Shown: piece by piece, positions 1 through 8,138 of the stretch
Layout: every line of letters begins with the position of its first letter
Position numbering within the stretch: position 1 is the first letter of the stretch
Source: Candidatus Kaiserbacteria bacterium
GTDB lineage: Bacteria; Patescibacteriota; Minisyncoccia; Phycocordibacterales; UBA2100
NCBI GenBank assembly: GCA_016217965.1
Contig: JACRFI010000009.1
Coordinates: 3,144-67,143 of the forward strand
Direction of reading: 5' to 3'
Length of the DNA stretch: 64,000 nt
Notes under the pieces: model-generated
Databases searched by the model: none
Told to the model about the DNA's origin: nothing
What the model saw: the letters and a program-made list of their open reading frames with translations, nothing else
Position numbers and translations under genes: made by a program

Positions 1-1550
1 ATGTTGGTGCGCCGGTTTCGATGAAGCTTGCGCGGCGCGGAGACGCCGCGCTTGCGGGCGTAATTGCGACGCAGCCGGGGCAGGTGCTCGGCGACATCAA
101 TGCGCCCGGGCAACGTCCCGTTGCTTTAGCTGGCCGCGTGCCCGTCAAGTTCTCTACAGAAAACGGCCCCGTCAAACTCGGCGACCGCATCGCCCCCTCC
201 AGTATTCCCGGCGTCGGCATGAAAGCAGGACCGTTTGATGACTCGGTCGGTATCGTTATCGGAAATATGGAAGACGGAAAGGTCATGGTCTTCCTCGATT
301 TGCAGCAGGGACTCAACATCAATGCGATTGCGCTCGGTCTTTTAAATCTTCCTGCCGCCTCCGCACATGCTTCGGCGAGCCAAGTCGATTTCGTCGGAGG
401 ATTACTTTCAGCAATCTCATCACGAATCTCAATCGCAAGTTCAACACTTTCCACTGGAAGCGCTCTAACAGCGCTCAATTCACTTACATACTTTAATCAA
501 ACAGAAGTCTCATCCGCAGAAAATACTCAGGAAGATCAAGCAAGCACCCCATTAGAGAGTCAGGGGCCTCTAACGGGGCAGGCTACGAATGCACTGTTGG
601 AATATGTCAGCGCCGTTCCATACACAGTACAAGCAATTAAAGAACTAGGAGCACAGGTCGAAGAACTTTCGACTACTTCTACTGCCACGTCAACACCATT
701 TGCCGATAATTTCTGGAATAACGTGTACTCGCGCGTAGCAGATAGGCTTGCGCTCTCCAACACAATCGTGGCAGTGAATGATCACACGGGGGCGACGACA
801 AACGCGACAGAACTCGTAACCTCTCGACCGGATTCGAATACCTCATCGCAAGCAAGCGCGGAGCAGGCGACATCAACATACATAGGGTTACCCTATGTAT
901 CTGGAACGACAACGCCATGGATAGCGTCATTCGCAGAGGCGTCTCAATCTCTCAAAGGCGCCCTTACCTCCCTTTCCGATACCGTGATTCAGGTACTTGG
1001 CAATGCTGTCTACGCAGTAACAGGAGTATTCGATCAAGTATTTACCAAAGAACTTGTCGCAGATAATGTATTTGGCGAACGCGGCACCTTTAGAGAACTC
1101 TGTGTCGGCAACGTATGCGTGTCGGAAGAGCAATTTATGAAAGTGTTTGGCGATACGGCCGAAGCGCAATCTGCTGCCGCTGCCGCAAGTGCAGTCCAAA
1201 GTCCTGAGTCAGAAGTCATCAGTGAAAATACGGCATCCTCTACCCTCCCGCATGACTTAGGACTGCAGACTAATGACTCATCCGCAACATCAACTCCAGA
1301 AATAATCCCTACCGAAAACGCATCTTCTACTCTGCCAATCGTTTCTCCATCTCTCGAACACGCTTCCTCATCGCCAGAAATTATCGATTCTACAGCAACA
1401 TCTTCACCGCCAGTTGAAACACTCTCCGCCCTGCAACAGACGGAAGAAATAATTACAGCTGAATCATCAGACCCTACCCCAGCTCCTGAACCAGAACCAA
1501 CACCTCCAACATCTTCAGCATCACAACCGGAACAAACTCCCACCCTCTAA
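1..1550 (+). CDS. C-terminal part of a large Ser/Thr/Ala-rich surface or tail-fibre-like protein with a peptidase G2/S74-chaperone-like motif (5' partial)
   Basis: Frame is open upstream of the ATG at 21; motif VALAGRVPVKFSTENGPVKLGDRIAPSSIPGVGMKA; 'ELCVGNVCVSEEQF'; low-complexity ASST/ATSTP/PEP tail. Confidence 0.6.
   Translation, partial: VGAPVSMKLARRGDAALAGVIATQPGQVLGDINAPGQRPVALAGRVPVKFSTENGPVKLGDRIAPSSIPGVGMKAGPFDDSVGIVIGNMEDGKVMVFLDLQQGLNINAIALGLLNLPAASAHASASQVDFVGGLLSAISSRISIASSTLSTGSALTALNSLTYFNQTEVSSAENTQEDQASTPLESQGPLTGQATNALLEYVSAVPYTVQAIKELGAQVEELSTTSTATSTPFADNFWNNVYSRVADRLALSNTIVAVNDHTGATTNATELVTSRPDSNTSSQASAEQATSTYIGLPYVSGTTTPWIASFAEASQSLKGALTSLSDTVIQVLGNAVYAVTGVFDQVFTKELVADNVFGERGTFRELCVGNVCVSEEQFMKVFGDTAEAQSAAAAASAVQSPESEVISENTASSTLPHDLGLQTNDSSATSTPEIIPTENASSTLPIVSPSLEHASSSPEIIDSTATSSPPVETLSALQQTEEIITAESSDPTPAPEPEPTPPTSSASQPEQTPTL
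547..578. repeat. CCCCRTTAGA..TCTAACGGGG inverted repeat, inside a CDS
   Basis: CCCCATTAGAG (547-557) / CTCTAACGGGG (568-578); same core as the 62204-62338 element. Confidence 0.6.
878..900. repeat. REP-like palindrome, copy 1 (intragenic)
   Basis: ATACATAGGGT-T-ACCCTATGTAT, perfect 11-bp arms. Confidence 0.9.
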
Positions 1551-1586
1551 CGACCAAAAAAGAAAAACCCTCTTTCAATCCCTATC

Positions 1587-1617
1587 CACAATACATAGGG
1601 TAACCCTATGCATTGTG
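1587..1617. repeat. REP-like palindrome, copy 2 (5' of RAYT)
   Basis: CACA-ATACATAGGGT-A-ACCCTATGCAT-TGTG. Confidence 0.9.
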
Positions 1618-1651
1618 TGCTAGCGTTGTTGCACAGAATGTGCAAATTTCT

Positions 1652-2317
1652 ATGGAACGCAAGATAACGTTTACCGAAGACGAGTACTATCACTTGTACA
1701 ATCGTGGCGTGGAAAAGCGATGCATATTCATGGACAAGAACGATCGCTTAAGATTCGTGCGTCTCCTCATCGCAGCCAATAGCGACCAGCGATTCGTCTT
1801 CCGCGATATCGAGCATAAGCACCTGGGTGAGATCCCGCGCGGAAACCCACTCGTGGCAATTGGTGCCTACGTTCTAATGTCGAATCATTTCCACATACTT
1901 GTGAAAGAAATACGCGATGGCGGCATTAGTGCCTTCATGGAGAAGCTGCAGACTGGCTACGCATCTTACTTTAATAGGCGGCACTCGCGAGTAGGAGCTC
2001 TTTTCCAAGGTACATTCCGTGCCCAGCATGTGGATAGTGACAGATTTCTTAAATATCTGTTCTCATACATACATCTCAATCCGATCAAGACAATCGAACC
2101 GCAATGGAAGGAGGATGGAATAAAGGACAGGCGGCGTGCTTGGAAATTCCTCAAAGAATATGCTGACTCGAGCTTTGCTGACTACTCCGGCGCCAAAAGA
2201 GATCGCAGCATCATACTCTCACCCGACGCGTTTCCAGCATATTTCTCAAGTCATTCCGACTTTACACAACACATTGATGATTGGTTTGACTACCGCAACA
2301 TCCTATACGATACATAG
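1652..2317 (+). CDS. REP-associated tyrosine transposase (RAYT, Y1/HUH family)
   Basis: YYHLYNRGVEKRCIF, AYVLMSNHFHILV (HUH), YFNRRHSRVGALFQGTF, YIHLNP; flanked by REP-like palindromes; ATG 1652 preferred. Confidence 0.9.
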   Translation: MERKITFTEDEYYHLYNRGVEKRCIFMDKNDRLRFVRLLIAANSDQRFVFRDIEHKHLGEIPRGNPLVAIGAYVLMSNHFHILVKEIRDGGISAFMEKLQTGYASYFNRRHSRVGALFQGTFRAQHVDSDRFLKYLFSYIHLNPIKTIEPQWKEDGIKDRRRAWKFLKEYADSSFADYSGAKRDRSIILSPDAFPAYFSSHSDFTQHIDDWFDYRNILYDT

Positions 2318-2332
2318 GGTTACCCTATGTAT
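2310..2332. repeat. REP-like palindrome, copy 3 (contains the RAYT stop codon)
   Basis: ATACATAGGGT-T-ACCCTATGTAT, identical to 878-900; TAG at 2315-2317. Confidence 0.9.
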
Positions 2333-2368
2333 TTGCCTTGGATTTCGTGCTTCAAATTTCGGATTTTT

Positions 2369-4903
2369 TTATTCGACGATTTTCCACTCACCGCTTGCAA
2401 GGAGCGCCTCTGCCCTTTTGAATTTAATTTCTTGTGTTTCCTTTCCGTTCGTTATCTTCACCTTGTCGTTGCGCCCATATTTCTTTGCGCCTACCGGGGC
2501 GGCAGATGCTGTTATTGTGGCAACATTGCGCAAGAACGAGCGGCGTGGTGCTGCGCCAGCCCCGGCTGGAGCGCCTTGGGACGAAAGAACGTTTGGAAGC
2601 GATTGGACGACATTTGCCGCGTATGTTTCTTCCATCGCCTGGAAAAGCTTGAGTCCTTCTTTCTTGTACTCGACCAAGGGGTCGCGCTGACCATATGCAC
2701 GCAGATTCACTGACGAACGCAAATATTCCATCGCCTCAAGGTGCTCGACCCAGAGAAAATCAATCGCTTGCAGAAGAAAGCGCCGCGCAATGCGGTAAAA
2801 CGCCTCCCCCATTTCTTTTTTCTTTTCCTCTATGGTACGCATCGCATCCGATTCAGGCTCGATAAGCCGTGCGACTTCCTCATCCACAACACTATCCCCT
2901 CCCGTAAGTAAGGCGCGGCGACGTTCGTAGATCGATTTGCGTTGAATATTCAATATGTCGTCATATGCAAGCACGTGTTTTCGAGCATCGAAATTCAACT
3001 CCTCGATACGCGTCTGCGCCTTTTCAAGCGACCTCGTTATCATCGAATTGTGAATCGGTTCGTCTTCGGGAATTTTAAACGTACCCATCACGCGCTTTAT
3101 TACATCGGATGCGAATATGCGCATCAAGGAATCTTCGAGAGATACGTAAAACTGCGTTGCGCCGGGATCGCCCTGGCGTCCGCTTCTTCCCCGCAACTGA
3201 TTGTCGATTCGCCTTGCTTCATGACGCTCCGTTCCCAGAACGAACAAGCCGCCAAGCGACTTCACTTCCTCATATTGTTCTGGGGTCGCTGGATTCCCAC
3301 CAAGCTTGATGTCGACGCCACGCCCGGCCATGTTTGTTGCTATCGTCACGGCGCCCTTGCGGCCCGCCTGTGCAATTATCTCTCCTTCCCTCTCATGGTT
3401 CTTTGCATTCAACAGTTCGTGAGGAATTCCTTCTTGCTTGAAATGCACCGAGAGCAATTCATTTTTCTCTACCGATACCGTTCCCACGAGAACTGGCTGA
3501 CCTTTCTCGTGCAGCTCTTTCACTCTGCGTGCGATTGCTTTCATCTTTCCGTCCTCAGTCTGTAGTATCTGATCGTCATGGTCTGCACGCGCTGGCGGCT
3601 TGTTCGTCGGAACGGCAACGGTATTGAGCCCATACACCTTATAAAACTCCTCGGACGACGTGGCAGCAGTTCCGGTCATCCCTGCCAATTTTTTATAGAG
3701 CCGGAAATAATTCTGGAATGTGATGGATGCGAACGTGCGGCTTTCCTGCTGAATAGCGACGCCCTCTTTCGCTTCTATCGCTTGGTGCAAGCCCTCGCTC
3801 CAGCGCCTACCAGGTTGCATGCGCCCAGTTAGTTCATCGACGATGACTACTTGCCCGTTCCGCACGACATATTCTTTGTCTTTCGCAAAGAGCGCCTTCG
3901 CGCGAACCGCCGTCTCCAAATGATGCACCAGTTTGATGCCCGCATCCGTATAGATATTCTCGATGCCGAGTGCTTTTTCTGCCTTCTCAATGCCGGCATC
4001 GGTAAGAGCTATCTGCCGGTGCTTCTCGTCAATCGTGTAATCTTCTTCGAGCGTAAGGCTCCTCGCGATAGTGGCGAATCTCTCGTACAAACGCTCTGCA
4101 TCCGAAACCGGCGCAGAGATGATGAGAGGCGTGCGCGCTTCGTCGATCAGGATGGAGTCTATCTCGTCGACGATGGCAAAATTGTATCCACCTCTGTCAG
4201 GAATGCGCTGTCGCAGCTTCTCCGGTTCGTGCTCCAGATTGTCGCGCAAATAATCAAAACCGAATTCATTGTTGGTGCCATACGTGATGTCGGCAGCATA
4301 TGCTTCGGTGCGTGTGCACGGGCGCAAGAATTCATGCTCGACTTTGAACGCGCCAAGCTCGTCCCGTTCCCTATCTTTTTCTGCCACATCTTTTTGCGGC
4401 ACATGCGCGGGATCGTACACATACGATGATTCGTGATTCAACACGCCGACAGAAAGCCCGAGCGCGTGATAAATCTGCCCCATCCACGCCCCATCGCGCT
4501 GCGACAGGTAGTCGTTCACAGTGACGATATGCACCCCTTTTCCTTCCAAAGCATTTAAATACGCTGGTAGCGTAGCAACAAGAGTTTTCCCCTCTCCCGT
4601 GCGCATTTCTGCGATATCGCCATTGTGGAGGATCATGCCGCCGATAAGTTGCACGTCGAAGTGGCGCTGGCCTAGGGTGCGGCGCGACGCCTCTCTCACT
4701 ACAGCGAACGCCTCGGGGGCCAGATCCTCAAGCAATTCACCCTTTACGAGTCGCGATTTGAATTCCAAAGTTTTGCTTTTCAGCGCCTCGTCCGACAGCG
4801 CTTTGACGTCAGCTTCAAGGGCATTTACACGTGCCACAATAGGCTCCGCACGCTTCAGTGCAGCAGAATTTTCATCCCCAAACAATCGCTTTAAGAAAGA
4901 CAT
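2369..4903 (-). CDS. secA: Preprotein translocase subunit SecA
   Basis: EMRTGEGKT, VTVNDYL, YGTNNEFGFDYLRDN, IVDEIDSILIDEARTPLIIS, ATNMAGRG, RIDNQLRGRSGRQGDPG. Confidence 0.98.
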   Translation of the reverse strand: MSFLKRLFGDENSAALKRAEPIVARVNALEADVKALSDEALKSKTLEFKSRLVKGELLEDLAPEAFAVVREASRRTLGQRHFDVQLIGGMILHNGDIAEMRTGEGKTLVATLPAYLNALEGKGVHIVTVNDYLSQRDGAWMGQIYHALGLSVGVLNHESSYVYDPAHVPQKDVAEKDRERDELGAFKVEHEFLRPCTRTEAYAADITYGTNNEFGFDYLRDNLEHEPEKLRQRIPDRGGYNFAIVDEIDSILIDEARTPLIISAPVSDAERLYERFATIARSLTLEEDYTIDEKHRQIALTDAGIEKAEKALGIENIYTDAGIKLVHHLETAVRAKALFAKDKEYVVRNGQVVIVDELTGRMQPGRRWSEGLHQAIEAKEGVAIQQESRTFASITFQNYFRLYKKLAGMTGTAATSSEEFYKVYGLNTVAVPTNKPPARADHDDQILQTEDGKMKAIARRVKELHEKGQPVLVGTVSVEKNELLSVHFKQEGIPHELLNAKNHEREGEIIAQAGRKGAVTIATNMAGRGVDIKLGGNPATPEQYEEVKSLGGLFVLGTERHEARRIDNQLRGRSGRQGDPGATQFYVSLEDSLMRIFASDVIKRVMGTFKIPEDEPIHNSMITRSLEKAQTRIEELNFDARKHVLAYDDILNIQRKSIYERRRALLTGGDSVVDEEVARLIEPESDAMRTIEEKKKEMGEAFYRIARRFLLQAIDFLWVEHLEAMEYLRSSVNLRAYGQRDPLVEYKKEGLKLFQAMEETYAANVVQSLPNVLSSQGAPAGAGAAPRRSFLRNVATITASAAPVGAKKYGRNDKVKITNGKETQEIKFKRAEALLASGEWKIVE

Positions 4904-4909
4904 CTGTTT

Positions 4910-5036
4910 TTACGAAATGCTTTTCTCGGCACGTGTTTCTCGGGGTCGCTGTCTCCGCCTGCTGGCGGAGAGCTGACTCTCGGCCCGTCGGCCTGCGAGA
5001 CACCCCGAGAAACACGAGCCTTCGCGCATTTCGTAA
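4910..5036. mobile_element. MITE/REPIN-like nested inverted-repeat element upstream of secA
   Basis: TTACGAAATGC/GCATTTCGTAA (4910-4920, 5026-5036); 15-bp perfect inner IR (4932-4946, 5002-5016); inner CTCCGCC-TGCT-GGCGGAG hairpin. Confidence 0.6.
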
Positions 5037-5173
5037 TGCATCCTACCTCAAAACAAAAGATTCCTCCATGAGGAGGAATCTTTCTGCAAAACTCCGAGGC
5101 TACTGCGACTAGCGAGGAATCGAAATGAAAGCTTGCTTGCATTTCGTCCGAGCGACGGCGCAGAAAGCTCTGC

Positions 5174-5227
5174 TTATCGGCGCTTCGACTTCTTTGCCTT
5201 CTTCTTTGCTTTCTTTTTCTTGGCCAT
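5174..5227 (-). CDS. 17-aa Lys-rich micro-protein MAKKKKAKKKAKKSKRR
   Basis: ATG...TAA read by hand; below the ORF-track length cutoff; structured upstream leader. Confidence 0.6.
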   Translation of the reverse strand: MAKKKKAKKKAKKSKRR

Positions 5228-5571
5228 ATCTTAGATTTGGTTAATGAGCGGAGCGAAATTTACCAAATCTTAGATCCGCCTAAATTTTACTCCGTAAAAT
5301 TTTGGGCGGATTAAGTGAAATATATTCGCTAGCTCATTATTTCACTAAATAAACATTCGACCCGCATCAAACTTGTATACGACGGCGATGCGTTTTTTTT
5401 ATTATGTCACTCAATACCGAAGAAAAAACTTTATCGGGCATGAACTGTGGATAAGTCAGAAAAGTTTTTTCTCGGAAATTTCAATTTCAAATTTACAATT
5501 TTCAATCAAACTTCAATGAATTAATTCTCAAATGGAAATTTGAGCATATGAAAATATGTTACTCTGGAACG

Positions 5572-5686
5572 AGAAGGATGCGATGCGGAGGGCGGCGGCA
5601 CTCACAATGACTTTCACTTTGGAGCTCGCACCCGTCCTCCGCAACGCGTCTTTCCAAATAAAAACCAAACACCGCCCGAAGGGCGG
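5572..5686 (+). ncRNA. Candidate small structured RNA (unknown family)
   Basis: TGnTACTCT -10 at 5557-5565; ~23-bp stem 5573-5654 with G-U pairs on the + strand; hairpin CCGCCC-GAA-GGGCGG at 5672-5686. Confidence 0.35.
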
Positions 5687-5868
5687 AGCTTGGCGACTTT
5701 CTAGAGAGACGCCATCTTTCAATGGCACTCACACCACCAATATACCATGGCGAGCGCGGGTATTGCTCTCGAGCCGTCTCTCGCAGGCGCATCTGGCGCC
5801 GAGACCGAGCGCTGGTGCAACAGCACCAGATAGCGACGGCGAAACAGCAGATACCAAGCGAGCACCTC

Positions 5869-8073
5869 TTACTGGATTTGCAAGGTTCCCGCACGTATTT
5901 CAGCAATGAGCGCATCTGCTTGCGCCGCAGATGCTGGTACGGCGAGTTTTAATTCCTGGAGCGCCTCTATCGCACGCTCCCTGTCGCCCATCTTATAGAG
6001 CGCAGCAGCATACGTGAGGCGCGGCTGCAAGTCGTTCGGATGTGTCCCAATGTACGCCGCTGCAACCTGCGCTATTTTGTCATAGCGCCCTTTCGCCGCG
6101 TATGCCGAAAGAATGCGTGGGTCCAGTGCTCCCCCTTTCTCGAGAAGGACATTCATCATCTCATTTTCAACCGCCGCATCCCCCACGTGAATCGCAACCG
6201 CAGCATAGAACACCCTCGCTTCGCCGTAGTTTGGTTCGAGTTCGTACGCGTCTTTGAAATACTGAAGTGCTTCTTCGCTCTGGTTTCGCGCAAGGGAATT
6301 CATGCCAAGTTGGAAGAAGATTGATTGCTTTGTGGGTGAAAGCTGGTGCGCCTTCTGAAGTGCTCCAGACGCATTATCGTGGCTCCCGAACGAGTCGAGA
6401 AGTATGCCAAGAAAGAATGGAAAGCGAGCGTTGAGAGGCGCTTCTTGCATCTGCTTTCCCATTTCGTCTGACGCAATCTGAAGGAATGCGAGCCTCACAT
6501 CTTGAGGCAACCCTGCATTAGCGCCGATCTGACTCGCGATCTGCGAAAGATGTTCTCTCGCCTCCTGCGTGCCATATGTGCCATAGCTGATGGCTTCTTT
6601 AAAGTATTCCAAGTTCTTCGACGGGCCTTCTTCTTGTCCCGAAAGCCCCCGAATGATCGCCTTATTCGCTGCGAGTGCGTCTGCATTCACAAACATCGCA
6701 ATGCCCCACAGAAGAACGACAGCGCCAGCAGATACAAGTGGCAGCGCATTTTCCTTTACCATACGCTGGTGCAATAACACTGACCCTTCGGACGAGCGCA
6801 CTGCGATATACCCCAAGAGAGAGACGAACAGCACGTAGCTCACGATGTTGTCGAACACGAAGAGATTATGGAAACCATACGCCGCGAAAAGCCCGGTGAG
6901 GATCGCTCGCTCATACGGTGCAAAAAAGAACGCGCCGTCCTTCCCTTTCTTCCACACGCTTATGAGTGCGGCAAAAAATATCGCCGCATATAAAATGAGG
7001 CCCACGATGCCGCCTGCAATGAGCCAGTCGAACACAATGTTGTGCACGCGGTCGAACCACGGCTCTTGTGCGTACATCTTTGGGTCATAGTACTTGTCAA
7101 AGACGACCGCATAGTTCTCCTGCCCCCATCCCAATATGGGCCGTTCTTTAAATCCTTGCCATGCCATATTGATATTGAGGTACCGAGAATTTGACTTCAC
7201 ATCCGAAAGTGAGATAGAAGCAAGGCGCTGTAAAGGCTCCACACCTTGTACGAATGCACTGTCGCGCCCCACCCAAAACACACCGATGAGCACAACAAGT
7301 GCGGCGATCAGGCTGCCCGCCCGCCACGCGACGCGCGAGCGCGGCGCAAGAATGATGAGAATGACGGCAGAAAGAAGTGCGCCTCCGATGAGCCCCAGGA
7401 TTGCGCCGCGCGTCGCAGTAAAAAAGAGAATCAGAGAATCAAGGAATATGAGGCCGCCGTACAGAAAGGCGCTCATCGGCCTTTCGTTTGGTTTTTCTAT
7501 CCACGCACGCGCAAGAAATAGCGCGGCAATAAAAATGTGGAAGAGCATGTAGACCGCGAGGTACGTTGCGTTCCCCAATGTCGCGTCGAGCCGAACGCCC
7601 CCCTGATTGATCGTGATGAATCCGGCAAGCTGGAGAAGCCCGTAAAAAGCGACGAATGCTGAGACGCCGAGCGAGACCTGCCACCACCTTTTCCATAGAC
7701 CCTCAGTCGAGAGAATGGATACAGAGGCTGTTAGATACACGAGAAGGTGTGCAAGCGTCACCCACCCTTCCATACGCTCATAGTTGCTCCAGAAACTCTT
7801 GAACGCGTTAACGCCAAACATGTCTGAAATTCCTATCGCGACAACAAACGCGGCGAACGCGAGCAATATCCACGAACGCTTCGGTCTGTACACATCTTTC
7901 ACGAACGCAAGCGCAAGCCAGGCAGTGCCGACTATCTCAACGAGAATGCGGAACGTGAAATTCTTGCCCGTGATGAAGGGAAAGAATAGAGAGCGCGAGA
8001 CTACAAGCACGATAAAAGGAAGCGCAAAAATACCAATGAGCGCTATCCATCGCAATACTTTCTCAAGCGTCAT
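5869..8073 (-). CDS. O-antigen ligase (Wzy_C) family membrane protein with C-terminal TPRs; possible protein O-oligosaccharyltransferase
   Basis: Many TM segments; ATLGNATYLA, TATRGA, ERPILGWGQENY, FDRVHN; TPR-like tail; start 8073 placed by the -10 box. Confidence 0.85.
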   Translation of the reverse strand: MTLEKVLRWIALIGIFALPFIVLVVSRSLFFPFITGKNFTFRILVEIVGTAWLALAFVKDVYRPKRSWILLAFAAFVVAIGISDMFGVNAFKSFWSNYERMEGWVTLAHLLVYLTASVSILSTEGLWKRWWQVSLGVSAFVAFYGLLQLAGFITINQGGVRLDATLGNATYLAVYMLFHIFIAALFLARAWIEKPNERPMSAFLYGGLIFLDSLILFFTATRGAILGLIGGALLSAVILIILAPRSRVAWRAGSLIAALVVLIGVFWVGRDSAFVQGVEPLQRLASISLSDVKSNSRYLNINMAWQGFKERPILGWGQENYAVVFDKYYDPKMYAQEPWFDRVHNIVFDWLIAGGIVGLILYAAIFFAALISVWKKGKDGAFFFAPYERAILTGLFAAYGFHNLFVFDNIVSYVLFVSLLGYIAVRSSEGSVLLHQRMVKENALPLVSAGAVVLLWGIAMFVNADALAANKAIIRGLSGQEEGPSKNLEYFKEAISYGTYGTQEAREHLSQIASQIGANAGLPQDVRLAFLQIASDEMGKQMQEAPLNARFPFFLGILLDSFGSHDNASGALQKAHQLSPTKQSIFFQLGMNSLARNQSEEALQYFKDAYELEPNYGEARVFYAAVAIHVGDAAVENEMMNVLLEKGGALDPRILSAYAAKGRYDKIAQVAAAYIGTHPNDLQPRLTYAAALYKMGDRERAIEALQELKLAVPASAAQADALIAEIRAGTLQIQ

Positions 8074-8138
8074 CCGCGCCATAGTACCACACCGCCTTCC
8101 GCATAGAGAGCGATGAGAAAAAATGCTACATTCTTAAA

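Noticed and set aside
1-1550. Prophage suggested by the tail-fibre-chaperone-like motif
   Set aside because: No other phage genes; the neighbours are a RAYT and secA
878-2332. Repeats as a CRISPR array
   Set aside because: Copies are about 700 bp apart, flank a transposase, and there are no cas genes
5446-5545. DnaA box (TGTGGATAA) plus AT-rich TTTCAA tract as a possible oriC
   Set aside because: Only one perfect box and no dnaA/dnaN nearby
5528-5952. Several overlapping 66-118 aa ORFs
   Set aside because: No motifs and mutually overlapping; better explained as non-coding structure
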